From Sphyrna mokarran (lineage: Eukaryota), in contig JAGIQG010000009.1 of assembly GCA_024679065.1 (NCBI GenBank), forward strand, positions 99,634,001-99,698,000: DNA of 64,000 nt, in the 5' to 3' direction. The translations under genes and the position numbers were made by a program. The notes beneath the pieces were generated by a model. It was given only the letters and a program-made list of their open reading frames with translations. It had not been told where the DNA came from and ran no database searches. This document shows positions 39,501 through 54,100 of this stretch, piece after piece (the first letter of the stretch is position 1; every line of letters begins with the position of its first letter).

Positions 39501-42500
39501 GAAATTATTTCGGAAGACTTCCAACAGTCAAATGCATGGAAATTGATTGGACATTGATTTATACACGTACATGCCAAGAACAAACGAACTTGGGTTGCTG
39601 ATAATGCGTCCGCTGTACTGGAGATACGTTCCTGCTCGGAAATTGTAATTAGATGTTAATTTAGGGCCAAGAATGATGGAAGACAAGGGACGGTAGGCGT
39701 GATAGTAAAAAATGTCATAAGGATAAGAGTACTGTTAGCTCATAAGATGATCACGGTGGATGGAGGTTCAAAAAGTGAACCATTAGTTGGCACCAGAATG
39801 TTTCTGTACCCTTCGCAGTTGGAACACCTCTGGACTATAAAACACAACATGCGTCATGCTAATAATTCATGTTCTGCATAAATGTAACGTGTACTTTGGG
39901 TTCCTCAGTTTTTCTCAGTAAAGAGAAAAAATGATTTGGTTACAGTAGATTCTTAATTTGATCCCCGTATTCATTCAACCATATACCTCTCAATTAATAT
40001 CAAACCCCGAACAATGTTATGGAATGAATTTTTGCCAGATGAAAAAGAGAATAATGCAGTCGGAAACACCGAGAATCATTTTTGGCTATATATTTGTTTC
40101 GGGTGAACAAAATATCACATAATACAGCTAGACATCAAAATATCACTTAGATATCACACCATGTTCTGAAGTTACCGATTCTAAAACTATTAACCAATAA
40201 TGAACAGTTAGATTCAATGCAAATTGTAATTGGGCAATGATCGGTCGATAGAACTGCTCCGGCAGCGGGTCTTGGGTCAAAATACACTTCTGTGAGTGTA
40301 AGTGAATTCTGGAAGATCGGGATTCCCTATTGGCACAATGATAGTTCCGAACTCTGCTTTTGGTTTTCAAAGTATATTATTCGGATCTTACTTTTCTGAC
40401 TTGTCTGAAGGGCGAATTCTGTAAGAGGAAATACAGTGTTACAAATAAGGTTACGCGCTGAGTTTAGCATTGCGTCACACTAAACTTGGTATTATTAGTG
40501 TGAAAATTGAAACACCAATACATCGGGATAATATCACTGCAACACTGTCTTGCGCGAAGCAGACAAGGGAACTGAATGCGTGTCTACAAGTATTTTGTGT
40601 GGAGAAGGGGGTTCCATACATTTCATGTGATCATTGTTTCTTCAGAAAAGGGGGAGTGTGAGTTGGATCATGGGCAATAACAGATGATGGAATGCTGTCC
40701 AAACTGATAGCTGTTCTAAAAGGAGAAGATTTCCAGTTAGGGATTGCAAACAATGCAAACATTATTTTAACACCTGAGAGATCCGCTTTATTTATTCTAA
40801 TCTGACTGCCATATAAATTCAAAAACGGAGCCAAAAGCTTCCAATCATGAGAGCGAGACACCCTCCAGATGTTCTCTGTGCGGACAAAACCTCTTGCATT
40901 CAACTGGTCAGTCGACATGCAAACAAAGTCACAGCTTGGGGGAAACGGTGGAAATGCGGAAAATGAGAAGGAATTCAAGTAAATATCAGATTTGGAAACT
41001 CATTGAGCACTTATACTGGCGAGAGATCGTTTTCGTTTTGCCTGTGTGGGAATGGATTCACTATAGTGTTCGCCTACAATCATAACGGTGAACTCACACT
41101 GAAAAGAGGACAGTTATCTGCACACTCTGTTGGATGAATTTTAGGTAGACATCGGCCTTCACCAACGAGGCCAACCTGGAGAAAGATTATTCATCTATCC
41201 TTGTGTGGAAGAAAATTCAATTATTCACTTCTACTACTCAAACACCGTGTATTCACGCAGTGAATAAGCTGTTCGTCGGCTCCATTTGTGGGAAGAGATG
41301 GCTACAGTATTCCGAACTGCTGACACACTAACGAATTCAAATGGAGGGAGACTGTCCACTTGGGTCCCATCTCTCCCAAACTTCCGAAGAATTAATTCCT
41401 TAATTAACTTGGTGCCACGTGAGTGTGTGTCAACATGAAATGGAAATCTTGTTTCAGACGGATTGCAAACGGAATCAGGAACTGAGGAAACATATTTAGT
41501 GCAGTGCAGGTTCGGAAATGAACATTCGTGAACGGCTGCAGTGCGTATTTGATAAAACATTTGCTGTTGCACACTGGTTTGCAAAATCTGAACAGAAAGT
41601 ACGTGGTGCTTGCAAAAATGTGACACAACACTTGGATGGATTTTTTTTACTGTATACATTAATGTTAGTTTCCTGAGAAGAAAGCTTGACGGAAAGAACT
41701 AGATGAAATATTACATATTTTAAATCTACTTTCGGGCAATTAGGCAGCTATGCTAATGTAATATCTTCATAAAGTATCCGCTGCTAAAATCAGCATTATC
41801 AATGAGATTATATTCCCCGTTAAAACTGCAAACCATTCACTACAGTTGCAAACACGACTATTCTACTTCTATGAACCAATTAAATATTTATATTTATTTA
41901 GTAGTCACAAGGAAGACTTACACTAACACTGTAATGAAGTTATTTTTGGCTAGATATTTGTTGCGGGAGAACAAAGTATCACATGATAGAGCTAGACATC
42001 AAAATATCACTTAGATATCACATCATATTCTGAAGTTACCGATTCTAAAACTATTAACTAATGATGAGCAGTTAGATTCAATGCAAATTGTAATTAGGCA
42101 GTGATCCGTCGATTGAACTGCTCCGGCAGCGGGTCTTGGATCTAAGTACATTTCTGTGAGTGTAAGTGAATTGTGGAAGTTCGGAATTCCCTATTGGCAC
42201 ATTCCCTTAGTTCCCCTAGTCATCACTCGCCGGTGCCTGTTCGGGTCAATGTACTTAACCAACACGTCTTTCAGACTACGGGAGAACTCGGAGCATCCGG
42301 AGGAAATCTACGCAGACACGGGGAGAACGTGCAAACTCCACGCAGAAAGTCACCCGGCAATCGAACCCAAGTCCTTGGCACTGTGAAGCAACAATGCTAA
42401 CCACTGTGCTATCGTGTTGCCCCACATCGCTGTAAGGGTACAGTGACTTCATTTCTGTTGTGTAACTGACAGCATCTCTGTCACTTAAGAACAGAGTCGG

Positions 42501-45500
42501 TAGGGAGTGTTGGATTTAAGAAATAAGTTAATACATAAATAACATGTATGGCGAAGTATTCCTTCACCTTCGCTGATGCTATTTGCGACACTCCTATTGA
42601 AGGAAATATTGGTATTAGATAATTTGTGAACTAAAGGAAGCCATCAGCGTTTACATCACTTTTAATCTGTGCAACCCATAGGTGCTGCAACGTTCTGAAT
42701 CTGTACTGATTGAATGTTGAAACTTGCAACTGCAAAATAGAGATCCGTTTTGCCTATAGTGCCAATGTGTACCAAAATAGTCGTTGTCGCCCGGAGAACC
42801 TTTTTTTTTCAATACGTAAATACTATTTCCCTGACCTAGGATCTTTTGCTTTCCGAATAGATTTCCTCAAATATCTGAATGTGCTCTATCTTATGGTGAC
42901 ATTTTCTGGCCAACCTTCCGCTAAAAAAAAGGATCTTACTCAACTCATTCAGTTTTCGAATTCGTGAGGCAGATCATTTCATCTCCTGCTCTCATATACA
43001 CTTTACAACGTTAGCTTCCGAATCTTTGTAAGCGTTCAACAACGCAATGTGAATTTTTGAGACGACGAGAAAGATTTTCAGTGTGGTCAGGAGTACTTAT
43101 TGCAGGTTCACGAGGTAAGTGTGTAATACTGACGGTGGCGCGGAGAAAGTGGTCAAACGGATAGCGGGGTGAAACAACGGGATAAGAGATTGATGGCAAC
43201 CTGTTACGGCGTTAGGTAGGCAAGTGGCAACTCAGTTGGGCGACAAGAGGTTACATTTTTCAGGTGTATTCATGGAAATTCGGAGCGTCAGAAAATATAA
43301 GTCTTACTATGGGGCGGAGTGAGTTGGATGCTGGTGTGTTGACAGTTGATCTTGGGCAGTCTGCGGCAGAGGTTAGCAGAGGGCTCAGTTGGAAAATCGA
43401 ACGCAGAAAATATAAGTCTTACTATGGGGCTGAGTGAGTTGGATGCTGGTGTGTTGACAGTTGATCTTGGGCAGTCTGCGGCAGAGGTTAGCAGAGGGCT
43501 CAGTTGGAAAATCGACTGCACAAATCGCGAGATCGGAGAACTGTGCAGCATGGGAGTATCCGGTATCAACCTGATTCAGGGGCAACAATAATCGGGTCAT
43601 GTTGTGTGGGCGTTTGAAATTGTTGTGGGTGATCTCGGGACAGCCAGTGCGTCTGGAAGCGAGTTGAGGATGAGTTCTACCGTTACCCAAGATTTAGTCC
43701 GAGATTTTGCATTGATTCGAATACTCCCTGCATAATTTGTGATGCAAGCAAGACTGAGCCATCCAAAATATAACCCAGAAGATTTATCTCGGGGAAGTTA
43801 ATGCATCCAAGACATTCCCTTGAGTCAGTGCATTGTAACATCTGCGGGTCGAGACGCGGAACATTAGTATTACTTTTGTCTTCCCTGATCTAATGACAGG
43901 AAGTTCAAGATTAAAGTATCATGAAATGGTGTCGATGCCACGTTAGTGCTCTCGGCATACAAGTAACAACTTGATTCTCGTGAATGGCAAATAGCACATT
44001 GAAACGTTTTTCCGGAGTACATTACAACTATGTTCAGTAAAGCGCGTATGTCAGATTCGTAAAGTAGAAATCATGTTCAACAGGTAGCGATAACAATAAT
44101 TCAACACCAACTCTTTGATGCAACCAGAGTGTCACAGTGAACTGCTAATTACGAAGACTTTTATTTGTAGAGCACTTTCCCAAAACTGTTTATAACATAT
44201 AATTTATAAGTGTGTTGAAATAAATGGAAAAAATGCAGAACATTACAATAACAAACACGTATTGGTAGAAGGAGTGGAAAAATTACAGACTAAATTTAAC
44301 GACACGAAGCGTAAAATGTCATTTTCGTTGGATTACGTGGAGAGAAAATTTGCAATTCAGATCCAATTTCAAAGTTAGTGCAGCAGCAGAGCGACATCAT
44401 TGTACATGTGCTCAGACATTTGAAGGTGACACGGCAGATTGAGGGAGCACCTAATAAATTCTAACATGCAGATGTTTTTAAAATAGTTGCGTAGAGTATT
44501 AACAAAAGTCATGGAAGTGTTGTAAACTAATGTCGATAACCAAGCAAAGATCAGAAGGACGTATCAATTTGCTGCAGTATGCATTACATGCTCCTGCAAC
44601 CAAATTAAGCGAACCTTTGCAAAGAGAGAAAGAAAACACACATCATCGTGAAAAGTGGTCATTGTTTGTTATGAATTTGCAGAAAATGCGAGCAAAAGTA
44701 GGCAAATAAGCTTTAGAAAATCAATGCCGAAACCTGACAATTAGTGAGTTGGCAGAAACTGTCTCTATTACTTGAATATTCTTGCCTCATGTATTTTTTG
44801 TAGCTTTTACACAATTGTTCGCTTTCGTGAAGTCAACGTATTGCTTTCATATTAAAGTTATTATGAGGCTATTGCAGATTGTCCACTAATTTACTTTAAA
44901 TCAGCATTACACTATCATTCCAGTCGATATGTTTTGCCAAAAGTTGTCCCTATTTTCTGTTTGTAAATTTCATTCCCTTGTTTATTGGAAGTATTTATTC
45001 TATTCAGCGGCGTTATTCAATTGTAATGACGTGCGATATTTTGTTTTAACAGGAATAACCAACAAGCTAACCAACCTGATACAGACATGACACAAATCTC
45101 TTACGTGGACACTCTGGATCGGGAAATCGATTGAATCACTTCATTCTGCACTCCGTGGATTCTATGGCTGTATGGTTGCATAATTTACACTCTGGAAATA
45201 TGAAATCCAGGCTCTTAGTGAAATTAGCAAATCCTTCTTGTGCATGCCACAATGCAACACTGCAGAATGTTTTGTCTTTTTTTAACGCACACTTCCACAC
45301 GGCATTTACATTTAATCATCTGCTCTCCAAGAATGAATGCATCCGCTGAAGGCATTTACGCTTTGCTAATTTCAGCACATCATTTTTCTTCTATTCCGAC
45401 GTAAGTGCACATTGCATTGCCCTGATATTACTTCACTCTAGATACTGTGTCCCAATGATCTGCATTAGTCTATTGAGAATCACGGCAGTGGGATCGTGCA

Positions 45501-48124
45501 ACAGTGACACTTATATCTCTCTAGTTACGCTCTACTGGCATGAGCACATACAATAGCAGCTTCTAACTTGGAATATGTATTTTTCACTTAAATCGTTGAG
45601 AAGTTCAATTAGAAACAAAGTTATTCTGCTAACATTGGGCATTTATTTAAGCTGTACCAGAATAAAAAAAATATATTCGTATAGATATTCCAGTTGTTAC
45701 CTGAGTCATGAGCTTCTATCAGTTCTGGAAGAGAAAACAAAAGTCTGATTGTGTTAAATTAACATCTCAAGCTAAAACAGCTTTAGTTAAGCGACATTGT
45801 GAAAACGATAATTTAGCCTTACTCACCGATTTCCGCCAATTGTTTGGAATACGTGTTAGAATCTACTGTTAGAACTAGTTTTTGACCGTTCGGTCATTAG
45901 AAGTCGTTTTCTTTATTTCATGAGATGTTTATGTCACTGGTTGGCAAGGACATCTGTTGCCCATGTCTAAATGCACTTGACATAATGGTGACGGATAGTC
46001 GTTAGAACAACTGCACTCCAGCAAGTGGAGGCAAGGCTGTCGTGCTATTCAAAGAAAGTCCCAGGATTTTGATCCATCTTAAAAGGAAGAAAAGCAGCAT
46101 GGAACGATATCGGATACCCAAATTATTGCACATTTCGTACAATTTTGCTCTCAAATTGTTGACAGCGAAAAATACTATTGTTTGCACACGCAAGAGGGTA
46201 ATTGCTGTATTGTCTTGACATTTCCATCACAGATTTTATTCCAAATTCGTATTGGAAGTGCTCGTGCACCATGTCAATATAATTAAACGAAACAAAACAG
46301 TGCAAGAGCATGTGAAAATTAAGTGCAACAAACAATATAAACATACTTATTCCGTATCTTACCTTTTTCTTTGTCGGTTAGTAACGTTTCTGCCCAATAA
46401 AAAAAAACTATCGTCACAAAGCAGCAATGAGGCTATATAGTCGATAAAAACTGAATATTACGAGGAATTAGGAACATTCCTTGAAAGTGAGTCACTGTAC
46501 AGAAAAAGTTCTCATAATTAATTTTTATGTTAATATAGATTTATTGACTTGAGGTATTTTTATTTGAAGAATAGATTGTAGATCTTGCACTGCATGATGT
46601 GGGTGGATGTTTTTCTTTACTTCAAAGTAACACACCAGCAAGGGAATTACTATAATTTATTTGTTAAGAGATTAATTATAGTTGTTCAGAACTAAACAGT
46701 GGCCTTAGAAGTAATTATGTGGTCAAATACAACTTGCCGCAGCCGATGAGAAACACCGTTGCAGCTAAGGAAAATTTTCAAAACATGGGATCGATTTTAA
46801 AATTTCAATCACTTGCTACAACGTTGGATGGTTCATGTGACAGGCTCATATAATAGCCAATCCATTATTGGTAAACGTTAAGAAGGGAAGACTATGATAA
46901 GAAATGGAAATGTCGGTATTTTGTTATGATTATTTTGAAAATATTCAGCCATTGAAGGTTCTACGGTGAAAAGTAGCCATTAAATGTTCAACTTATTTGT
47001 TTCTAATAAAAGCCGACATATGTTCAGTTGCGCGCTCAAACAAATATTGCGTGGTTGCAACTGCAAGCAATTCATAATTAATTTATTCATACCTAACGAT
47101 TCATATTTTGTCTTCAATTCTAAAGGAAAATTACAATTTGTTTAGTCTCGTGCATTATACAAACTGAGAGATAAAGATAAGAGTGGGATATGATCGATCC
47201 AACAGAACATTGAAACGTAATAACTGTAGCAATGAAAAAAAAATGCTAATTGCAGCAAACGTCCTTGGAAACTGCACACGGAAGAGAAGATCATAGATAT
47301 CATTTCGACTTCCGAAGAAACTAGCTGCATCATAATACTCTAAATAGGACTTCCTTATTCCTGTATTTCTTTCTAAATGTATTCAGCACTAACAATTTTG
47401 ATGTTGTTTCCATAGAACCACGTTAGAAGAAATTAGTTTCCAGCATTATATCATCAACGTAACGATACCTGCAAATGTTGTTCTTTCAAGTGAGAATGAA
47501 CTCCCGCATAAATGCTGAAATCTAAATTAAAAACAGAAAATGTTGCAAAGACCCAACAGGTCTGGTGGCTTGTGTGGATAGGAAAGTGTTGTAATGTTAG
47601 GAGTCTGTATGAATATTCTTTGAAGTGAAAGATAGAGTGTCATGTGATCGACGTACTTCCCATCTACACCCCTCCCCATTTTGTGTAGCACCTGCGGTCC
47701 CCCCACATCTTCTTTGAGCAAAACCCGAAAAAGTCTCGACTGATACTACTCTCCTCTGCCTGACTGTACTTCATTCCTCACGAATCAGCTTCTGTTTCAA
47801 CTTGTCTCACTGCTTACAAAGTAAAAGCTGCGGCCATGGGTATCTGCATGTTTCCAGGTTCTGCTTATTTTTTTGTGGGTTATGTCCAACATTCTTTGCT
47901 TCTATTCTGCTCAGGCCTGTACTCAGAAAGTTTTCTCCATTATGTTATTAACAGCATAATCAAAGCTGAATTCTAACACATATTTTGCACAAACAATAGA
48001 TATCAATACATTTCGTAATACCACAGCATCATCACACTCCATAACTGCTGCCTGACCAATAATCGTTATAGCATCCTCGCTATTTATTGAAAGACGTTAA
48101 TACTTTCTAAAGACACAAAGTAGC

Positions 48125-48165
<41 letters not shown>

Positions 48166-51100
48166 GCTTCACTGAACAAGCAACACGTGCAGTGGTCTTC
48201 TGGAAATACGAACTTCAACACGATAGGTAACTATACCTGCATTATAGAATCATAGAAACCCTACAGCACAGAAAGAGGGCCATTTGTCTCATTGAGTCTG
48301 CGCCGAACACAGTTCCACGCAGTATTACGGAAATAGAAACTGATTAGCAAAATATTATTTCGTTGGAAAAGAGGGATGGGGGACAGAGTTCGCTTGTAAT
48401 AACAATTTAAAAACATATCGGTGATGCTTACAATACAGGTGCTGTGCTATCAGTTTTAATATATTGCGAGATAGAGCAGCGAATCGACAATAAAACTATG
48501 TAAGTGTGTAATGACTGGAGATAGAGAGAGAGAGAGAAAGAGAAGCTTCTTGACTAAGTAAGAATTCAGTAATATTAAACGAATGTGAAAGTTGCAGTAA
48601 AAAAAAACGAAGTAGAAATTGATTTCACAAATGTATTCTCAGTTGCAGGCCAAAGAAGTTCAATAAACAATTGCTATGTTTGGAGGAGCTTTAAATTTTT
48701 TAAATGCTTAATTTATTTATCTAAAAGATTAACACGGAAAAAAAGCGACTGAAGGGAAATGAAATGACCGAAAAAGGGCGTCATTATCCGTATGGGTCTC
48801 AGGAAAACATCTGGCAAAGTGTGACATTAACGACAGTTAACAAATCCAATGGAACAAGATCGTCTGACGGATTGGAAAATTGCTTTAAAAACAAAAAGTT
48901 TGAAGTTGAGAAATGTTTATCTTTTTTCAGATTGTAACACCTAAGACAATGGCAATCCATTGGTCCAGTACCAGGATTTTCACATACAACATTGATACTG
49001 GGATTCCGATTAAAAAAAACTAAACATAATTTATCTATTATACCAAAATTGGAGGTCCTGCAGATGGTAATAGTCATACATATCCACTGAAAGGACATGG
49101 GAAGGCGATTACAAAAAAAAAAAATTTTGATGGCATGAAATTTTAAACTTCAGAGAGTTAGTGATGCATGTTTTATACAAAGTTCGGGGAAGAGTGAAGC
49201 AGGATCAACTGGCAACTTCCTGAAGAGTACGCAGCGATTGAATTATCTTAGTTCAATCTGCACATCTCATTCAGTTGCCGGGAAATATTGGTCAGTTAGC
49301 ACAACATGCAGGAATTAGGGCCCAAAATTAGAGAAATTTCATAAAGAAGCAAGTTATTGTGCTGAATATTCATGCCATTTAACTTAGGGCCCGAATAGAT
49401 TATTTTACCCAGTACTGGTAGCATGCATTAGGCAATATACGAATGACTCAAAGAGTTTGCAGAAAAAAAATGATCACAGTGATCCCATAGTTAAGAGATA
49501 ATAACTTCAGTGTTTTGTTGGGGAAACTGAATGTGTTTTTTTGGAACAATGGTGTTTGGCATTGATTTGATGGCTTTTTTCACGATAATGGCAAGTGTAG
49601 GCCTGGGACGAAAGGGAACCCGCCCATCCCCAGATAATGGTTTTGGATAAGTGATGCACAGTCGAAAGGGAAAATTTTTATTAATCAGCGCGTGACAGTG
49701 ACCTCGAATTTGCTGCCGACAAGGTGATGGAAGCTAAGATAATGAAGTACGTTAAATATAAATTCGTTTTGCAATTCATGAATATACAAATGCAGTTTGG
49801 TTGATCTGTGGAATGAAAGCGAATAGAAAGCTCGACGATGATGTGGCAGTGAATCAATTGCTCAAATAACTATTGTAGTGTCTTGATCGTTCATCATATA
49901 ACTCTTTTGTTAGCTATGTCATAAATAGTTGTAACGGATTACAGTAGTAGATCAAAAACAGGCCTAGTTCCTTGCATTTTAAAATTCAGTCAGCATTATA
50001 CAATAAGAGTACTGAATCATTTAAACCATGTTATCTGAAAACAACGGCTGAAGGGAAACATTGCAAATAAAGGACAAATGTGAAGTTTTCGGGATGAAGC
50101 AGTGCTAGAAAATGTGCATGGTGTCATAGAGAGTGAAGTAGACCTCTGTGGCTCAATTAACTTTTTCCATCGATGATTCTGCTAATTTCCATACACTCAA
50201 ATTATAACAAAAACCATCTTTCAGATTATCAAGTTTATTAAAGGAGGTTCAAAGTATCCAACAATTACGTCCTTTCGGCGCCCGACTGTAGAAAAGGAGA
50301 GGTGTTTCATGAGTAAATGCAAATAATTCCTCTATCATTCTGAGGCATTTAAGGGGAAGGTGGGTTCGTGTGTGGTAAATGCATGTTTTGCGTTTAAACA
50401 AAGCCCAGATAAAACGACTTGTGATGAGGTGGGGTACTGCCGTTATGAAAGTAATTTAGCAAATATTTGGGGAAAAGTAAGTGACGTCACTAGTACAGTG
50501 GTTAGCATGGCTACCTCAGAGCTCCAGGGCCCCTGTCTGCGTGATGCCTGAATGATTTCCTTTTATATGCAGGGGTTTCCTCCAGATGTTCCATTTTCCT
50601 CCGACTATGAGACACCAATTATATTAATCCTTTTACCAAAATTTATTCCATAAGGTAACATGCCTTGGTGATTTAAATTCTCGGGAAAAGTGCTTATTAA
50701 ATGTTGCGAAAATACCTGCCTCCATCAACATTTCAGATGATTTCCAAATTTTTACCACTCCTGAGTGGGCACTAACGTCTCAGGTTCCATCCCCCCAACA
50801 AAACCATTTATTCCTTAAATTAAAAATGCGCCTTCTGATCTCAGATAATGTTTGTCAAAGAACAAAGAGAAAGGAAAAGAACAAAGAGAGGTGCAGCACA
50901 GGAACAACTCTTAGGCCGTCCAAGCTTATACTGATCAAAATACCCGAAATAAATCAAAGAAAATAACGTTCTGCCATTACTCAGTCAGCATTACTCTATT
51001 CCCCACTTATTTCATGTACCCAGCCAGATGACTCTTAAATGTCACGAATACATCTGTTTGCACGAAATTCTCTGACAGTGCGTTTCAGACACTCGCCATT

Positions 51101-54100
51101 CTCTGCGTGAAAAGCTTCCCCAGCACATTTTCATGAAACGTTCCCCTCGTCCCTTGCATCAGTGCACAGCTGTTGATACTTACATCCTTGGAAAACACCA
51201 CTGACTATCCACCCTCTCCATGCCTCTCATAGTTTTGTACACTCTATCAGATTTTTCCTCAGCCTGTTTCTTTACAGTGAATACAATCCGATTTCAATCA
51301 ACCTCTCCTCATTTTCATTACCCACTCTAGGTCTGGCTGATGAAGGCAAGCATGTTATATGCTTACTTAATCACCTTGGACAGCTTTGTTGCCACAATTA
51401 GGGAACTGTGGACCTGCACACTCAGATCACTCTGTATACTAACATTCCAAAGACCTCTGCAATTTACAGTATGAATGGGGCATCGATTCAAATGATCTAC
51501 CCTATCTATGCATCTTACAGTTGAAATACTGCCATTAAATTACTCCCTCAGGTTCCTTTGGTGATAGGTAAATAAATCCAGTCTACCCCGTTCTTAACGT
51601 AGATGAACAAGTTTATTGTAGACAAAATGGTTGGTTTCCCTTTGATAGTGTAGCAAGCAGTACTGAACGTAATTCACCATCTGAGGTCTAACTGGTGTGC
51701 TATAAATTATACCAAGACTTTCCTATGTCCTGGCGAATGACGGTGCGCATTCTTCATGCCTTCTTCACCACTCTATTTACAGGTTCTGCCATCTTTAGGG
51801 ATCTGTGGACGTATATGTCAATGTCCAGCTGTTGGTTTTATGCTCGCTAGGGACCTACCATTCATTCTGCATACCTTACCCTAAATAGACCTCCAAAAAT
51901 GGATAACCTCAGGCCTGTCAGGATGAAATTTCATCTGCCACCGCTCTGCTCAACTTAGCAATACAACATCAAAATCACCAGCAATTGTCGTGTCATCCAC
52001 AAATTCTACGTTTACATCCAAGTCATAAATATGTGCAACAACCAGCAAGCGACCAGGCACCGATCCCTGTGGTGCATCAATGGTCATGTAACAAATGCAG
52101 CCCTTCACCATCTCCCTTTGCATCATACTAAAAATCAGTTTTTCATCCAATTTTCGATCTTGGTTATTTCCTTTGGGCTCTAAATCTGTTGGGCTAGCAT
52201 TCTACGTGGGCCTTGCCCAGTGCCTGTTTGAAGTCCATGTAAACTACATCAAATGCTACCATCATCAATATATTTAGTTTATTTCAAAACAATATCTCAA
52301 TTATTTTTGGTAGACAGTAACTCGAACCAACACATCTGTGCTCATTATCCCTGATCAATCCCTAGCATTTCAAGTGTTTATGAATCATGTCTCTCAGATT
52401 TTTTCCGAATAACTTCCCAATGACTGCCTTTCCACCACCTTGACTGTAAGGCTTGACTGATTCCTCCTCCCCTTCTTCAATAAAGGTATCAGATTAGCTA
52501 CGCTCCAGTCATTTGACTCTTCACCTGTGGTCATTGCAAATTTGGATATCTTCGTTTAAGGTCATGCAACCTTAACAGGCTGCGATAAATCTCATCAGGT
52601 CCTGGAGACTTATAATTTTCCTGTCCACGAAAACATATAGTAACTGTCCCTTATTAAGCTTAACGTGCAATCTATCCAGCTGTCTATGCACTTCATTATT
52701 TTTATACACCTCATCATTATCCTAACTGAAACCTCCAGCGACAATATTCTCCTTCTCAGTGAATAAAAACAAACAGTAAATTTAAGTTCTCACCCATATC
52801 CTCTGCTCCTGACACAAATTGCCCCTTTGGTTCAAATGGGCACGAACTTTTCCTTGGCCATGATATCGCTCTTCATATACTTATAAAATGCCTTTGAATT
52901 TCCTTAATCATATCTGCCAATTACATATCCTCTTTGCCCAGCAAATCTCTCTCGTTGGAACCTTCTTACCCCAAGGACCCTGTGGTTCGGAAGTTCTTCT
53001 TTCTTGTTAAGTTCTCTCTTTGTATCTTATGATCCTCTGTTATTTTACCAAAATCTGGACATATCTTGATATACAGATTTCCCAGGAAGTGCCTCCCTCC
53101 CCCTTCAATCTTAAAGACATACGATAAAGGCTGAGGTGTAATGGTATTGTCACTGGACTAGCCATGCAGGGACAGGGGCGAATGCCGTCACTGTGATTCA
53201 TATCACAATGTAGCAGACATAATAATTTGTAATCAATGAAAATGTGTAATTAAAAGAATAATGATGACTATTAAATCATTGTCGATTGTTGGAAAATCCC
53301 ACCTGGTTTACGAATATGCTTTAGATAAGGATATCTGCCGTCCTTACCTGGTCGGGCCTACATGTGACCGCACATGTGACTCCAGACCACCAGCAATAGC
53401 TGACTCTCAAGAGACAATAATTTCTGGCTACTCAGTGATGCCAACCGCCCATGATTTTCATTTAGCTCTACAGTGCAGCAGGAGGAGATTTGGCCCATTA
53501 AGTAAGTACAGATTTTCTCACAAACATCTTACCTAGGCCCAACCATACTTCATCCTCGTTATTCCACATACTTATCCCATTAATCAAACTTCCCTCTATT
53601 CATAGAGGCATTGAGATTTGCAACATGGAAACAGATCCTTCGACCCAACTTGCCCATGCAGTCAGCTTACGATATTAAGCCAGCCGAATATAGGTTTGGA
53701 CAACATTCCTATCAACCAACCTTGCCCATGCAACTACTAAGTGTTTTTGTTTAAGACAGAGTTGTGCACACATTCACTACTACCTACGATAAATCGTTCC
53801 ATACACTCGCCACCTCTGTGTGAAAACAAAAATGCCCCTCTCGACCCTTTTGTTTCTCTCACACATGTTAAACCCCCTTTATTTGTAAACTCTCCTGTCT
53901 TTGGGGAAAAAAATGCAGTCTATCCAGCTCTCAATGCACCTAATTATTTTTATACATCCCTATAATATCACCCCTAACTCCGAAATCCAATTTAGTACAT
54001 GAACAGAGTAGAGCGAACAAATTTTAACTGAGGCACAAAATGATCTTTGGTGTCTCAAGGTAAGTTAGTTTTCATAGTGTGATGTTATAATGTGAAAGGA

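Noticed and set aside
43346-43690. ORFs with internally repeated peptides
   Set aside because: Artefact of the 115-bp DNA duplication, which is not a multiple of 3
362-49481. Scattered CACAGTG/CACTGTG heptamers and ATGCAAAT octamers suggesting an Ig/TCR locus
   Set aside because: No 12/23-spaced nonamers and no V, J or C exons seen
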